Under the pieces are notes generated by a model. It saw only the letters and a program-made list of their open reading frames with translations, did no database searches and was not told the origin of the DNA. From NCBI GenBank assembly GCA_002457145.1, contig NTJP01000004.1:41804-105803 (forward strand): a DNA stretch of 64,000 nucleotides, written 5' to 3'. How positions within the stretch are numbered: position 1 is the stretch's first letter; the number at the start of each line of letters is the position of its first letter. Position numbers and translations under genes: made by a program. Of this stretch, positions 8,712 to 17,604 are shown piece after piece. Source of the stretch: Marine Group II euryarchaeote MED-G38 (lineage in GTDB: Archaea; Thermoplasmatota; Poseidoniia; Poseidoniales; Thalassarchaeaceae).

Positions 8712-10133
8712 CTAATTATCTAAAAGTATTTCTTCTAATATCATCATTAAATGGTTTAATTGAATGGCAGTCAATAATTCTGTATTCACAACTTTTGATT
8801 TATCTGTCAATCTAATTCCCTGCTTCTGTAACCGACTTAATGATTTATTGATGGTAGAATATTGACTGGAATCTATCAATAAATCATTTGCTAAAGATGT
8901 TAAAATTGTTGAGGCTTGTCCTACTGATTTACCTCCAGGATTATGAATATTTTTTATTTCATCTAAATATTTTATTTCTTCAGAATTTATTAAGGAAGAA
9001 TTTGAAAATTTTTCTTTTATTGCCCATGAAGAAGCATTTGAGCCTGCGATTTGACCAGAAAAGAGATCGTTTAACAGCATATTACCGGGCAATAGTCCAT
9101 TGCCATGCATTCCATTATTCGAAGATTGTCCGGCAGCGAATAACCCTGTAAACCACATTTTTCCTTTATCTAATGTGACACGTCCTTCGGGATCAATAGG
9201 AATTCCACCTGTTGTTACTACACTAGAAGAAACGGGTATAACATCAACATTTATATCTAAATTTGTTCTATTTTTAATGTTTGAAATTGTGTTATCAAAC
9301 CATATTTTGTCGTTTTGATTCATTTTTCTTAAATCTAATACACAATTTTCTTCTAAGACATCGTTTGGCTGTGCATCATCTCCGTTTGGCTTTCTAAGTT
9401 GGCCACCGGCGTCTAAAATTTCTATTGGAATATGTAAATTAGTATCCTTTATCATTAGAGGGTGTATTGGGAAATTATTCATACCTTTGAGTTTGATGCC
9501 AGATTTTATTGCTAAGGCTAGACCTGTTCCAGATCCTTCCATAGGAGATTTCCACAGTCCCTCATATCCTTCTGTTGCAAGTATTATTGATTTAGCCTGT
9601 ATTGATTTAACTTCTCCTGAAATAATATCTAAATAAATAAGTCCCCTTATTTGTTTATTATCTGAAACAAGACGTGTAATTTGGCAATCATATCTTCTAG
9701 TTATTTTTCTTTTTATTATCTGTTCTTCTAAAACTCTAGTGATTTCCCTTACGGATGCCTCTCCACAACCCGTTAATCTTGCTTTACTATGGCCAGGTGA
9801 ATTCGAACGATATGGTAATCCTTCTTCATCCCTTCTAAAAACTAAGCCCCATCTTTCTAATTCAGAAATTATTGAAACCGCTTCACCACAAGCTCTTGCA
9901 GCAGAAATAATATCTGTATTTTCACCACCAGCCAATATAGTATCGTCACGATGTGCTGAAGAGTTAATCTCACCCACACTAGCAGCAATACCTGCAATAG
10001 ATGGTTTTCCTTGTTTGGAGCCTATTCCCCCACTATCGATTAGGAGTGTATTTGAACCTTCATCTGCGGATGCTATGGCTGCACGAAGTGCGGCTGGATT
10101 TCCGCCGATAACCACCACTTCCCAAGACTCCAT
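8712..10133 (-). CDS. FAD-binding flavoprotein of the succinate dehydrogenase/fumarate reductase/L-aspartate oxidase family, atypical active site
   Basis: Dinucleotide fold VVVIGGNPAALRAAIASADEG, ILATEGYEGLW, TGLALAIKSGIKL and FAAGQSS...MHGNG blocks align to SdhA/NadB-type proteins. Several catalytic positions look substituted. Confidence 0.7.
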   Translation of the reverse strand: MESWEVVVIGGNPAALRAAIASADEGSNTLLIDSGGIGSKQGKPSIAGIAASVGEINSSAHRDDTILAGGENTDIISAARACGEAVSIISELERWGLVFRRDEEGLPYRSNSPGHSKARLTGCGEASVREITRVLEEQIIKRKITRRYDCQITRLVSDNKQIRGLIYLDIISGEVKSIQAKSIILATEGYEGLWKSPMEGSGTGLALAIKSGIKLKGMNNFPIHPLMIKDTNLHIPIEILDAGGQLRKPNGDDAQPNDVLEENCVLDLRKMNQNDKIWFDNTISNIKNRTNLDINVDVIPVSSSVVTTGGIPIDPEGRVTLDKGKMWFTGLFAAGQSSNNGMHGNGLLPGNMLLNDLFSGQIAGSNASSWAIKEKFSNSSLINSEEIKYLDEIKNIHNPGGKSVGQASTILTSLANDLLIDSSQYSTINKSLSRLQKQGIRLTDKSKVVNTELLTAIQLNHLMMILEEILLDN

Positions 10134-10195
10134 GTGCTATCGCAGTAACAATAATGTCATGAACATGACGCATGAAGTATCTTAATTGAGGGGGA

Positions 10196-11662
10196 CTATT
10201 CTGCAAAACTAAGTGCTAATTCTCTGACCGAAGATGCTGCATCAATCATTTTGTTTCCAGCACTTTCAGCATGAGCTCCTGCGGAAATCGCAGTATTTAC
10301 TACTGTACTAATCAAGGTTTCTCCGTTATCTAAATTTAAATTTATTTGAACGGGTCGGCTTCCTGATACTGTATTTGGCCATGCTAAGCCAACCCAAAGC
10401 GTAACACAGTTATCTAATTTCTCAGTTAGTGCGTCAACAAGATCTTCATCATCCTTATTTAGATCTATAGAAGCCTTTAATCTCTTGGAAGAAGGTGATT
10501 GTAATCTTATTACTTGTGATGTTGGTGCACCCTCAGCAGAAATTATTTCAATTTCTATTATTCTTTCTTTTCCTGAAAAATTATGTACCATGGCTATTAA
10601 GTCAGTCTGACCTTCAGATGCTAGCGGTGGTATTTCTAAATCCATCCTCCATTTATCTTCTATAATAGAAGAGTGTCCCCTTTGAACATCACCTACTAAT
10701 CTATCAATTACTCTAAAAAAAGAAGGTTGCCAACTTTTTGTATGCTGAAGAAGAATTCTTAAGGATTTTAAATTAAATTTCGAATCTGATTTTAAATCAT
10801 CTACTGCTGAAACTTTGAATACTCTTTTTATTTCAGAAAACATTCTGTTTTCATCTAATAAATTTAGTGAGTTTAAATGTAAAGTTCTAAGTAAATATTC
10901 AACTGCTTCTTCCGGACTAATGTGCCTTCTAACTTTATTTTTCAAAGAGGTGACCCATTCTTCAAAATAAGATGCGGTCTCAGGATCTAAATGTGCTATC
11001 AATATTTCAGTAATAACCTTTTCAAGCGCACTATGATGTAATGTTGGCGCGTGTAAGGATAACAATGGGAACTGGTTATCCCTCATGGGGACCTGTGTAG
11101 AGTCGAGAGAAATGGATATTAGAAAACAAAATAACCCCAAAACGATTGCAGAAGTATTTAGTATTGATCCTAAGATTATATCTGTTTGAAATGAAGAAAT
11201 GAAATAAAGTAAAATAGCACTGAATAAGGGAGTTAATATCCTAGTTGTTTCTAAAACTCTTCTTTCGCGCAAAGTATTCAATATACGCTCTGTTCCTGGT
11301 ATGGAATTCATGGATTTTTTTCCATCTGCAGTCTTTAGCTGTAGTCTATCTCTAGCAGACATTTGTGCAAATATTATTGCTAAAAAGCTAGGAATAAATA
11401 ACATAAAAATTAAGATAAAAAGAAATATACTAATATTAACATTTGTCCCAGTAACATTAAAATAATTTAGAGTTGCATAGATTGGGGCTATGAATGTTAA
11501 GGAAATTCGTATCTGTTGTAAAATTCGATAAGATGCAATTCTTGTCCATAATTTTCTTCCAGTATCTCTTGCCTTCACTCTTCGGTATAATGAGTTTTGA
11601 TTACCTGCACCATAAATACTTCCATTGCCATAGGGAGTCGGTAGTTCGGACTCTTTACTCAC
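10196..11662 (-). CDS. Hypothetical membrane protein (about 4 TM N-terminal half, soluble C-terminal half)
   Basis: Long ORF with hydrophobic segments (ISIFLFILIFMLFIPSFLAIIFA, LTPLFSAILLYFISSF, AIVLGLFCFLISISL). No recognisable catalytic motif. Confidence 0.55.
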   Translation of the reverse strand: MSKESELPTPYGNGSIYGAGNQNSLYRRVKARDTGRKLWTRIASYRILQQIRISLTFIAPIYATLNYFNVTGTNVNISIFLFILIFMLFIPSFLAIIFAQMSARDRLQLKTADGKKSMNSIPGTERILNTLRERRVLETTRILTPLFSAILLYFISSFQTDIILGSILNTSAIVLGLFCFLISISLDSTQVPMRDNQFPLLSLHAPTLHHSALEKVITEILIAHLDPETASYFEEWVTSLKNKVRRHISPEEAVEYLLRTLHLNSLNLLDENRMFSEIKRVFKVSAVDDLKSDSKFNLKSLRILLQHTKSWQPSFFRVIDRLVGDVQRGHSSIIEDKWRMDLEIPPLASEGQTDLIAMVHNFSGKERIIEIEIISAEGAPTSQVIRLQSPSSKRLKASIDLNKDDEDLVDALTEKLDNCVTLWVGLAWPNTVSGSRPVQINLNLDNGETLISTVVNTAISAGAHAESAGNKMIDAASSVRELALSFAE

Positions 11663-11764
11663 ATTTGTTCGAAGAGTATTACAAAGTTTATGCTATCGGC
11701 TAAATTATTTAAAAAAGGTTATATTTAACGATACATTTCTTGAGAAGGGGGGCTTGGGAAGAAT

Positions 11765-11842
11765 GGGCGTGTAGCATAGCCTGGATAATGCACTGGCCTC
11801 CTAAGCCAGGGACCGCGGGTTCGAATCCTGCCGCGCCCGCCA
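11765..11842 (+). tRNA. tRNA-Arg (anticodon CCT) with genomically encoded CCA
   Basis: Hand-folded cloverleaf: acceptor GGGCGTG/CGCGCCC, D arm GCAT..ATGC, anticodon stem CTGGC/GCCAG with loop CTCCTAA, T arm GCGGG-TTCGAAT-CCTGC, discriminator G then CCA. A TATA-like TTATATTTA lies about 40 nt upstream. Confidence 0.85.
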
Positions 11843-11845
11843 TAA

Positions 11846-14800
11846 TTATACTAAATTTATAAGATGCTTACCAGTAAAACTATTACTGTTTTTTGAGATA
11901 TCTTGAGGAGTTCCTTCTGCTACAATACAACCTCCTCTCTCGCCTCCTTCCGGCCCTAAATCTATTACCCAATCTGCACATTTTATGACATCTAAGTGAT
12001 GTTCTATTACGATAACAGTATGTCCGTTTCTTCTTAATCTTAGTAGTACATCAGTCAATTGGTGTACATCGGATAACGATAAGCCGGTTGTTGGTTCATC
12101 CAGTATGTATAATGTATGCTTCCTAGGAACTTTATGTAATTCTGTTGCTAATTTTACTCTTTGTGCTTCACCGCCAGATAATGTAGTAGCAGGTTGGCCA
12201 AGTCGTATATATCCTAGACCCACATCTTGTAAAGTAGATAAAATTCTATATATTGATTTTTGATTCTTAAAGAAATTACATGCTTCTTCAACATTCATTT
12301 CTAGGACATCATGTATTGTTTTTCCTTTCCATAAAGCCTCTAAAGTTTCTCGTGTATATCTTTTACCTTTGCAGATATCACATGTAACCCAAACATCCGG
12401 TAGAAAGTTCATTTCCAACTTAGATGACCCTGCGCCCTTACATGATTCGCATCTCCCTCCCTTGACATTGAAAGAAAATTGACCTGGGCCATAGCCTCTT
12501 TCCTTGGAGGTATTAGTTTTTGAAAATAATTCTCTAATTGGAGTAAATAAACCTGTATATGTTGCAGGATTTGATCTAGGCGTACGGCCAATGGGAGATT
12601 GATTTATCACAATTGCCTTATCTACATTTTCTAGGCCTTCGATGCTATCATGGGTTCCTGGAGCATTATCTGAACCATGTAATTGTCTGAGTAGTGCTGG
12701 TGCTAAAGTAGAAGTAACAAGAGAGGATTTTCCAGAGCCTGAAACACCGGTAAATACGACCAAGCATCCTAATGGAATATTTACATCGATGTTTTGTAAA
12801 TTATTTTGTTTTGCACCTTTAATATTGATCCAACGGTTCCTTTTGGGTTTGTGTCTATCGTCTGGTAGCGGGATAATGGACCTACCTGATAAGTAAGCAC
12901 TGGTAATACTTTCCTTGTTTTTTAATAACTCGTTGATGGTGCCACTAACTAATATTTGCCCTCCTTCTTTACCAGCTCCTGGACCAATATCAACTATCCA
13001 ATCTGCCTGCCTCATTGTGGCCTCATCATGCTCAACTACAAGTAAGGTATTACCCAAATCTGTTAGTTCTCGTAATGTTTCTAATAATCGGCCATTATCT
13101 CTTGGGTGTAGTCCTATACTGGGCTCATCTAAAACATACATTACACCAGTTAGTCTTGTACCAATCTGAGTAGCTAATCTAATTCTTTGAGATTCTCCTC
13201 CTGAAAGTGTGTTAGCGCGACGATCTAGTGTCAGATAATCTAAGCCAACTAATGCCAAGAATCTTAATCTTGACTCTATCTCTTTAATAATATCATTACC
13301 AATATAAATTGATTTGTCGTCTAAATTAATTGATTTTTGAACTGTAGAAGAGTTCGGTTTTTTCCTTCCTAATTTTTCCCACGTATCTTCTGTACCTTCT
13401 GCACGCCATTTTTGAACTACTGCTAGAGCTTCAAGAACGCTACAGGCAGATATTTCTGGTAAAGAAATCCCTCCAACAATAACTCCACTTACAGCTGAAT
13501 TTAGTTTTTGTCCATTGCAGTCTAAACAAGGTTCATCAGTCATGTAAGAAGTGAGTCGTGATCTAGTACGATCTGAACTTGTATCTGTATATGTCCTGTT
13601 TAATCTAGAATAAACTCCTTCCCATGGTTTAGACATTTTATAAGATGATCCGCCATCAGATGTAAATTCAAATTTTATTGATGTGCTACCTGAACCGTTC
13701 ATTAGAATATCCTGAAAGTCCTCATTTAACTCTCTAAATGGAATATTAATTGGAATTTGATAATGATTACATGTTTGAATCATTTGTTTTCTATACCAAC
13801 CTGACATCATTGAGCGGCGAAAGGGAATTATGCACCCATCTTCTACGGTTGATATTTTATCAATTATTAAATCTGCTGAAAAAGTTCTTCTGACACCCAG
13901 ACCTTGACATGCTGGACATGCCCCTAATGGATTATTGAATGAAAATACTCTTGGAGACATTTCTGGAAGAAAGGCTCCATGTTCAGGGCATGCAAATTCT
14001 TCTGAATAAGCTATGGTCTCTCCCTCCTGAGCATGCGATTTTATTATTTTTTTATTATTAGAATTTTGAATATTGATTTTTATACTTTCTACTGCTACCG
14101 TTCCCCCACCTAAGCGTAAGCCGGCATCAATTGCTTCGGTCAAACGTTGTCGGTTTTCTCTAGACAGTTTTAATCTATCAATTCTAATATCTATATCATG
14201 CCTTAGATTCTTTTCTAGAGTTGGGGGGGCTTCAAAACTAACTTCTCTGCCATTTACTTTACCTTCTAGATATCCCTGCTCAACAAGTGCCTTAAATAAA
14301 TCATTATGTGTTCCTTTTCGGTTACGAATTGTTGGGCTCCATACTGCCAAAGCATGATTTTCAAAACGCCACATTACATCGTCTACAATTTCCTGAATTG
14401 TTCGTCTTGCTACTTCCTTTCCACATTCTGGACAATGAGGGATTCCTACTCTAGCCCATAATAGACGCATGTAGTCCATCATTTCCGTAACGGTTGCTAC
14501 TGTAGACCGGGGATTATGGCTACCTTGTTTTTGATCTATACTTATTGCAGGAGATAAGCCCTCAATCGAATCGCAATCTGGCTTTTTCATTTGTCCTAAA
14601 AATTGACGAGCGTAGGAGCTTAAACTTTCGACATATCTTCTTTGCCCTTCTGCATACAATGTATCAAACGCAAGGGATGATTTTCCCGAGCCCGAAACGC
14701 CTGTTAAGACAACAAACTTTCCTCTAGGTATGTTAACATCAATATCTTTGAGATTATGTGTCCTCGCGCCACGTACCTCTATCCATCCTTCTTGATTGGA

Positions 14801-14872
14801 ATGGTTCCTGTTTGCTGACATATTATGCCCCCTAATATGTCTGGTCGGGTCAACGATAGCCCTTGAATTCAT
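11846..14872 (-). CDS. uvrA: Excinuclease ABC subunit A
   Basis: Two ABC ATPase modules (GVSGSGKSSL twice, LSGGESQRIRLA / LSGGEAQRVKLA, LDEPSIGLH / LDEPTTGLS) and zinc-finger cysteines. The true start may be the internal Met at 14821. Confidence 0.95.
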   Translation of the reverse strand: MNSRAIVDPTRHIRGHNMSANRNHSNQEGWIEVRGARTHNLKDIDVNIPRGKFVVLTGVSGSGKSSLAFDTLYAEGQRRYVESLSSYARQFLGQMKKPDCDSIEGLSPAISIDQKQGSHNPRSTVATVTEMMDYMRLLWARVGIPHCPECGKEVARRTIQEIVDDVMWRFENHALAVWSPTIRNRKGTHNDLFKALVEQGYLEGKVNGREVSFEAPPTLEKNLRHDIDIRIDRLKLSRENRQRLTEAIDAGLRLGGGTVAVESIKINIQNSNNKKIIKSHAQEGETIAYSEEFACPEHGAFLPEMSPRVFSFNNPLGACPACQGLGVRRTFSADLIIDKISTVEDGCIIPFRRSMMSGWYRKQMIQTCNHYQIPINIPFRELNEDFQDILMNGSGSTSIKFEFTSDGGSSYKMSKPWEGVYSRLNRTYTDTSSDRTRSRLTSYMTDEPCLDCNGQKLNSAVSGVIVGGISLPEISACSVLEALAVVQKWRAEGTEDTWEKLGRKKPNSSTVQKSINLDDKSIYIGNDIIKEIESRLRFLALVGLDYLTLDRRANTLSGGESQRIRLATQIGTRLTGVMYVLDEPSIGLHPRDNGRLLETLRELTDLGNTLLVVEHDEATMRQADWIVDIGPGAGKEGGQILVSGTINELLKNKESITSAYLSGRSIIPLPDDRHKPKRNRWINIKGAKQNNLQNIDVNIPLGCLVVFTGVSGSGKSSLVTSTLAPALLRQLHGSDNAPGTHDSIEGLENVDKAIVINQSPIGRTPRSNPATYTGLFTPIRELFSKTNTSKERGYGPGQFSFNVKGGRCESCKGAGSSKLEMNFLPDVWVTCDICKGKRYTRETLEALWKGKTIHDVLEMNVEEACNFFKNQKSIYRILSTLQDVGLGYIRLGQPATTLSGGEAQRVKLATELHKVPRKHTLYILDEPTTGLSLSDVHQLTDVLLRLRRNGHTVIVIEHHLDVIKCADWVIDLGPEGGERGGCIVAEGTPQDISKNSNSFTGKHLINLV

Positions 14873-14899
14873 GGTTGAAAAATTAAAACAAGAATATAT

Positions 14900-16105
14900 T
14901 CATCTTAACCATAATGCTTCAATTTCTTCACCTGGTTTAGCATCTTTGTCTGGAGGCAATAAGGATAGTCCATTATGAACAACCATGCTATTGATGTTTC
15001 CACTACCTTGGTGTGTCTTTATATCTGCATGTAAGACGCCTTTCTCATTATTGATTTGTATTCTTCTTAAACAGACTTTTCCTGGTGCACCTTTAATGTG
15101 TGATTTGGATATTACGCTAACTCTATCTGCTAAACGCGGCCCCTGATTTTCGTCGTAACCAAGTGAATTAGACACCCAAGGAAAAACAACCATGGTAAAA
15201 ACTACATGGCTACTCACAGGGTTTCCAGGTAGGCCAAATAAAGGTATTTTTTTCCATTTACCAAATAATGGAGGGCCTCCAGGTCTCATTTTTATTTTCC
15301 AAAATTTGATTTCTCCTTCTTCTTGCATTATTTTTCTTACAAGATCCCACTCGCCCATACTTACTCCTCCACTAGTCAATATAGCATCACAGTTTTTAGA
15401 AGCAAAATTCAATGATTTTCTTAATCCTTCCATGTTATCATGTACTATTCCTAATCTAACAGGTTCGCAACCAATTTTCTTGACTAATGCTGCTAGACCA
15501 AAGGAGTTAGATTCGTAAATTTGGCCATCGAGAAGTTTCTGTCCTGGTTCAATTAATTCATCTCCATTACTTATTATTGCAATCTTAGGTTTACATATTA
15601 CTTCCAATTCGCTGTAACCAATTGTTGCAGAAAGAGAAATTTTAGAAGAAGTTAATAACGTGCCCGCAAGTAATGATTTTTGACCTATAGAAATATTCTC
15701 TCCACATTTACGAACATATTCTCTTCTTGCAGGGCCATTGATTATTACAAAATTTCCATCTATTACACTATCTTCCACTATTACAATAGCGTCTGCACCA
15801 TAAGGCATCGGTGCACCTGTCATTATTCTACAGGCCTCTCCGGATTTTACTGTATTGGATTTATAATTTCCAGTTTGATTGGTTCCAATTATTATTAATT
15901 TACTACCCACATTTTGGCAATCTTCTAGCCTTACAGCCCAACCGTCCATAGAAGAATTATCAAAACGTGGATCGTTAACTTTTGAATATATGTCAATGGC
16001 TAATATCCTATCTATCGCATCATCCAAGGAAACTATTTCTGATTTCCTAATTAGAGGTGTTTCACAAGATATACTAATGGCATCCTCTATTGTTACACCT
16101 TCCAT
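14900..16105 (-). CDS. moeA: Molybdopterin molybdenumtransferase MoeA
   Basis: MoeA-type layout and blocks: RIMTGAPMPYGADAIV, IISNGDEL, DAILTSGGVSMGEWD, KIKMRPGGP, GLPGNPVSS. Confidence 0.9.
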   Translation of the reverse strand: MEGVTIEDAISISCETPLIRKSEIVSLDDAIDRILAIDIYSKVNDPRFDNSSMDGWAVRLEDCQNVGSKLIIIGTNQTGNYKSNTVKSGEACRIMTGAPMPYGADAIVIVEDSVIDGNFVIINGPARREYVRKCGENISIGQKSLLAGTLLTSSKISLSATIGYSELEVICKPKIAIISNGDELIEPGQKLLDGQIYESNSFGLAALVKKIGCEPVRLGIVHDNMEGLRKSLNFASKNCDAILTSGGVSMGEWDLVRKIMQEEGEIKFWKIKMRPGGPPLFGKWKKIPLFGLPGNPVSSHVVFTMVVFPWVSNSLGYDENQGPRLADRVSVISKSHIKGAPGKVCLRRIQINNEKGVLHADIKTHQGSGNINSMVVHNGLSLLPPDKDAKPGEEIEALWLR

Positions 16106-16157
16106 GGTGTTGATATGGGGAGGAAGTTGTTAAAGTTCTCTTGCTTTACCAATTGAT

Positions 16158-16913
16158 ATGGAGTTGAGTTTTGAGATAATAGTATTAGGGTTATTTTTAA
16201 TGTCTCTATTATATTCTTCTGTCGGGCACGGCGGTGCTTCTGGATATTTGGCTATTTTATCTCTGAGTATTTATGCCAATGAAGGTGATTTATGGCTAAA
16301 ACAATACGCTTGGGCATTAAATATAATAGTAGCAGGAGTTGCATTTTTAAATTATAAAAAAGAAGGTTTTCACAATTTTAATCTGAGTTGGCCCTTTTTA
16401 ATAACAAGTATTCCCTTTACACTTTATGCTAGTTCATTGAAATTAGAGGGAGGTAATTATGATTTTCTTCTTTCCTTGTTTTTGATCTTTGCAGCTTGGA
16501 AACTTGTAAAAAATAAAAATATAAAAAAAGAATCGGAGGGAAATATTCCTAAAATTTATCTTTCATTAATTATAGGGGGAGTAATAGGATTGGTTTGTGG
16601 TTTGGTAGGAATTGGGGGCGGAGTCTTGTTATCTCCTATATTGGTGATTAAAGGGTGGGCTAAACCTAAAACAGCAGCTGCTACTTCTGCGGTTTTTATA
16701 TGGTTTAATTCTGCAGCAGGAATCTTGGGGTCTACTGTTTCTAATCATCTTGTTAGTCTTGATAATATTGTTCCATTTGCTATAGCGGTGCTATTAGGAG
16801 GTTATATTGGTTCGAAATATGGTTCAGAAAGTGCACAACAGAATTCTATAAGATATGTTTTATGTGCGGTTTTGCTTATTGCCGCTTCAAAAAGAATACT
16901 GGAAATATTCTAA
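16158..16913 (+). CDS. TauE/SafE (TSUP) family anion exporter membrane protein
   Basis: Two-repeat polytopic membrane protein with GHGGASGYL and GIGGGVLLSPIL signatures typical of TSUP/TauE. Confidence 0.8.
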   Translation: MELSFEIIVLGLFLMSLLYSSVGHGGASGYLAILSLSIYANEGDLWLKQYAWALNIIVAGVAFLNYKKEGFHNFNLSWPFLITSIPFTLYASSLKLEGGNYDFLLSLFLIFAAWKLVKNKNIKKESEGNIPKIYLSLIIGGVIGLVCGLVGIGGGVLLSPILVIKGWAKPKTAAATSAVFIWFNSAAGILGSTVSNHLVSLDNIVPFAIAVLLGGYIGSKYGSESAQQNSIRYVLCAVLLIAASKRILEIF

Positions 16914-16914
16914 A

Positions 16915-16922
16915 TTTTTTTT
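16915..16922 (+). terminator. Oligo-T tract (T8) directly after the TauE stop; candidate archaeal intrinsic termination signal
   Basis: TAA at 16911-16913 is followed by A and eight T. It overlaps the stop of the convergent gene. Confidence 0.3.
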
Positions 16923-17556
16923 ATTTGGGTAAGATACTAGTTGTATCTATCAATCCACTGTAAAAAATCACCCCTATTAAGGTAGATATTGTAAGTAATA
17001 TAAAAATTATTTTTGTGATTTTTCTTTTTCCTTTTTTTTCTTTAGGAACGTCAGAAAAAGTAATATTTTTTGGAGGTAAAATTAATTCAGGGAGAGGGAG
17101 AGGGGGCAATGTAGTTTCTTCCTTATGAATAAGTTCTGGATATAACTCGTCTAAATCTTCTAATCCTGGGGCGTCGGGAATTTCCGAGAAGAAATCTTTC
17201 CATTTTTCATTAATCTTAGATTTGGTAAGTGGAGTAATCAGAACTCCTACTGCACCCGCGGAGTATGCAGCATCTTGTGCTTTGGATAGTCTCGTTTTAC
17301 TTGAAACAAAAATAATTCTGGCATTTGGATCTATTTCTCTAATTTCTAAAGCTGTAATGTGACCATCCATAGATGTTAAATCCAAGCTTACAAAAACAAT
17401 TTCAGGATTATGTTCGACATATTGATCTACAGTTTTATCGCCATCGGATGTTTTTTTGCATGACCACCCTTTTTCTTTCATTATGGTATTTATTCTCCCT
17501 GCGGTTATTGAATTATTAATTGCAATCAGCGCAATCTTCTGTTTCTGGCTGGTCAT
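16921..17556 (-). CDS. CheY-like receiver-domain protein (atypical/pseudo-receiver) with a C-terminal transmembrane anchor
   Basis: Receiver fold KIALIAINNS...IVFVSLDLTSMDG...IIFVSS...GVLITPL, followed by a Pro-rich linker, a KEKKGKRK patch and the TM segment IIFILLTISTLIGVIFY. Confidence 0.7.
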   Translation of the reverse strand: MTSQKQKIALIAINNSITAGRINTIMKEKGWSCKKTSDGDKTVDQYVEHNPEIVFVSLDLTSMDGHITALEIREIDPNARIIFVSSKTRLSKAQDAAYSAGAVGVLITPLTKSKINEKWKDFFSEIPDAPGLEDLDELYPELIHKEETTLPPLPLPELILPPKNITFSDVPKEKKGKRKITKIIFILLTISTLIGVIFYSGLIDTTSILPK

Positions 17557-17604
17557 TATAATAGATTCAGAGCGGGCTTTATTTACAATATTACGCTATT
17601 AAAT

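Noticed and set aside
9739-10185. 148-aa plus-strand ORF
   Set aside because: It lies entirely antisense to the well-supported flavoprotein gene. Its Ala/Pro/Ser-rich composition is typical of a mirror frame of a Gly/Ala-rich FAD-binding region.
11765-11842. tRNA-Arg as a possible integration site for a genomic island
   Set aside because: There is no integrase nearby. I did not see a second copy of the tRNA 3' end (TTCGAATCC...) in the window. Both flanks are ordinary chromosomal genes (uvrA on one side, a membrane protein on the other).
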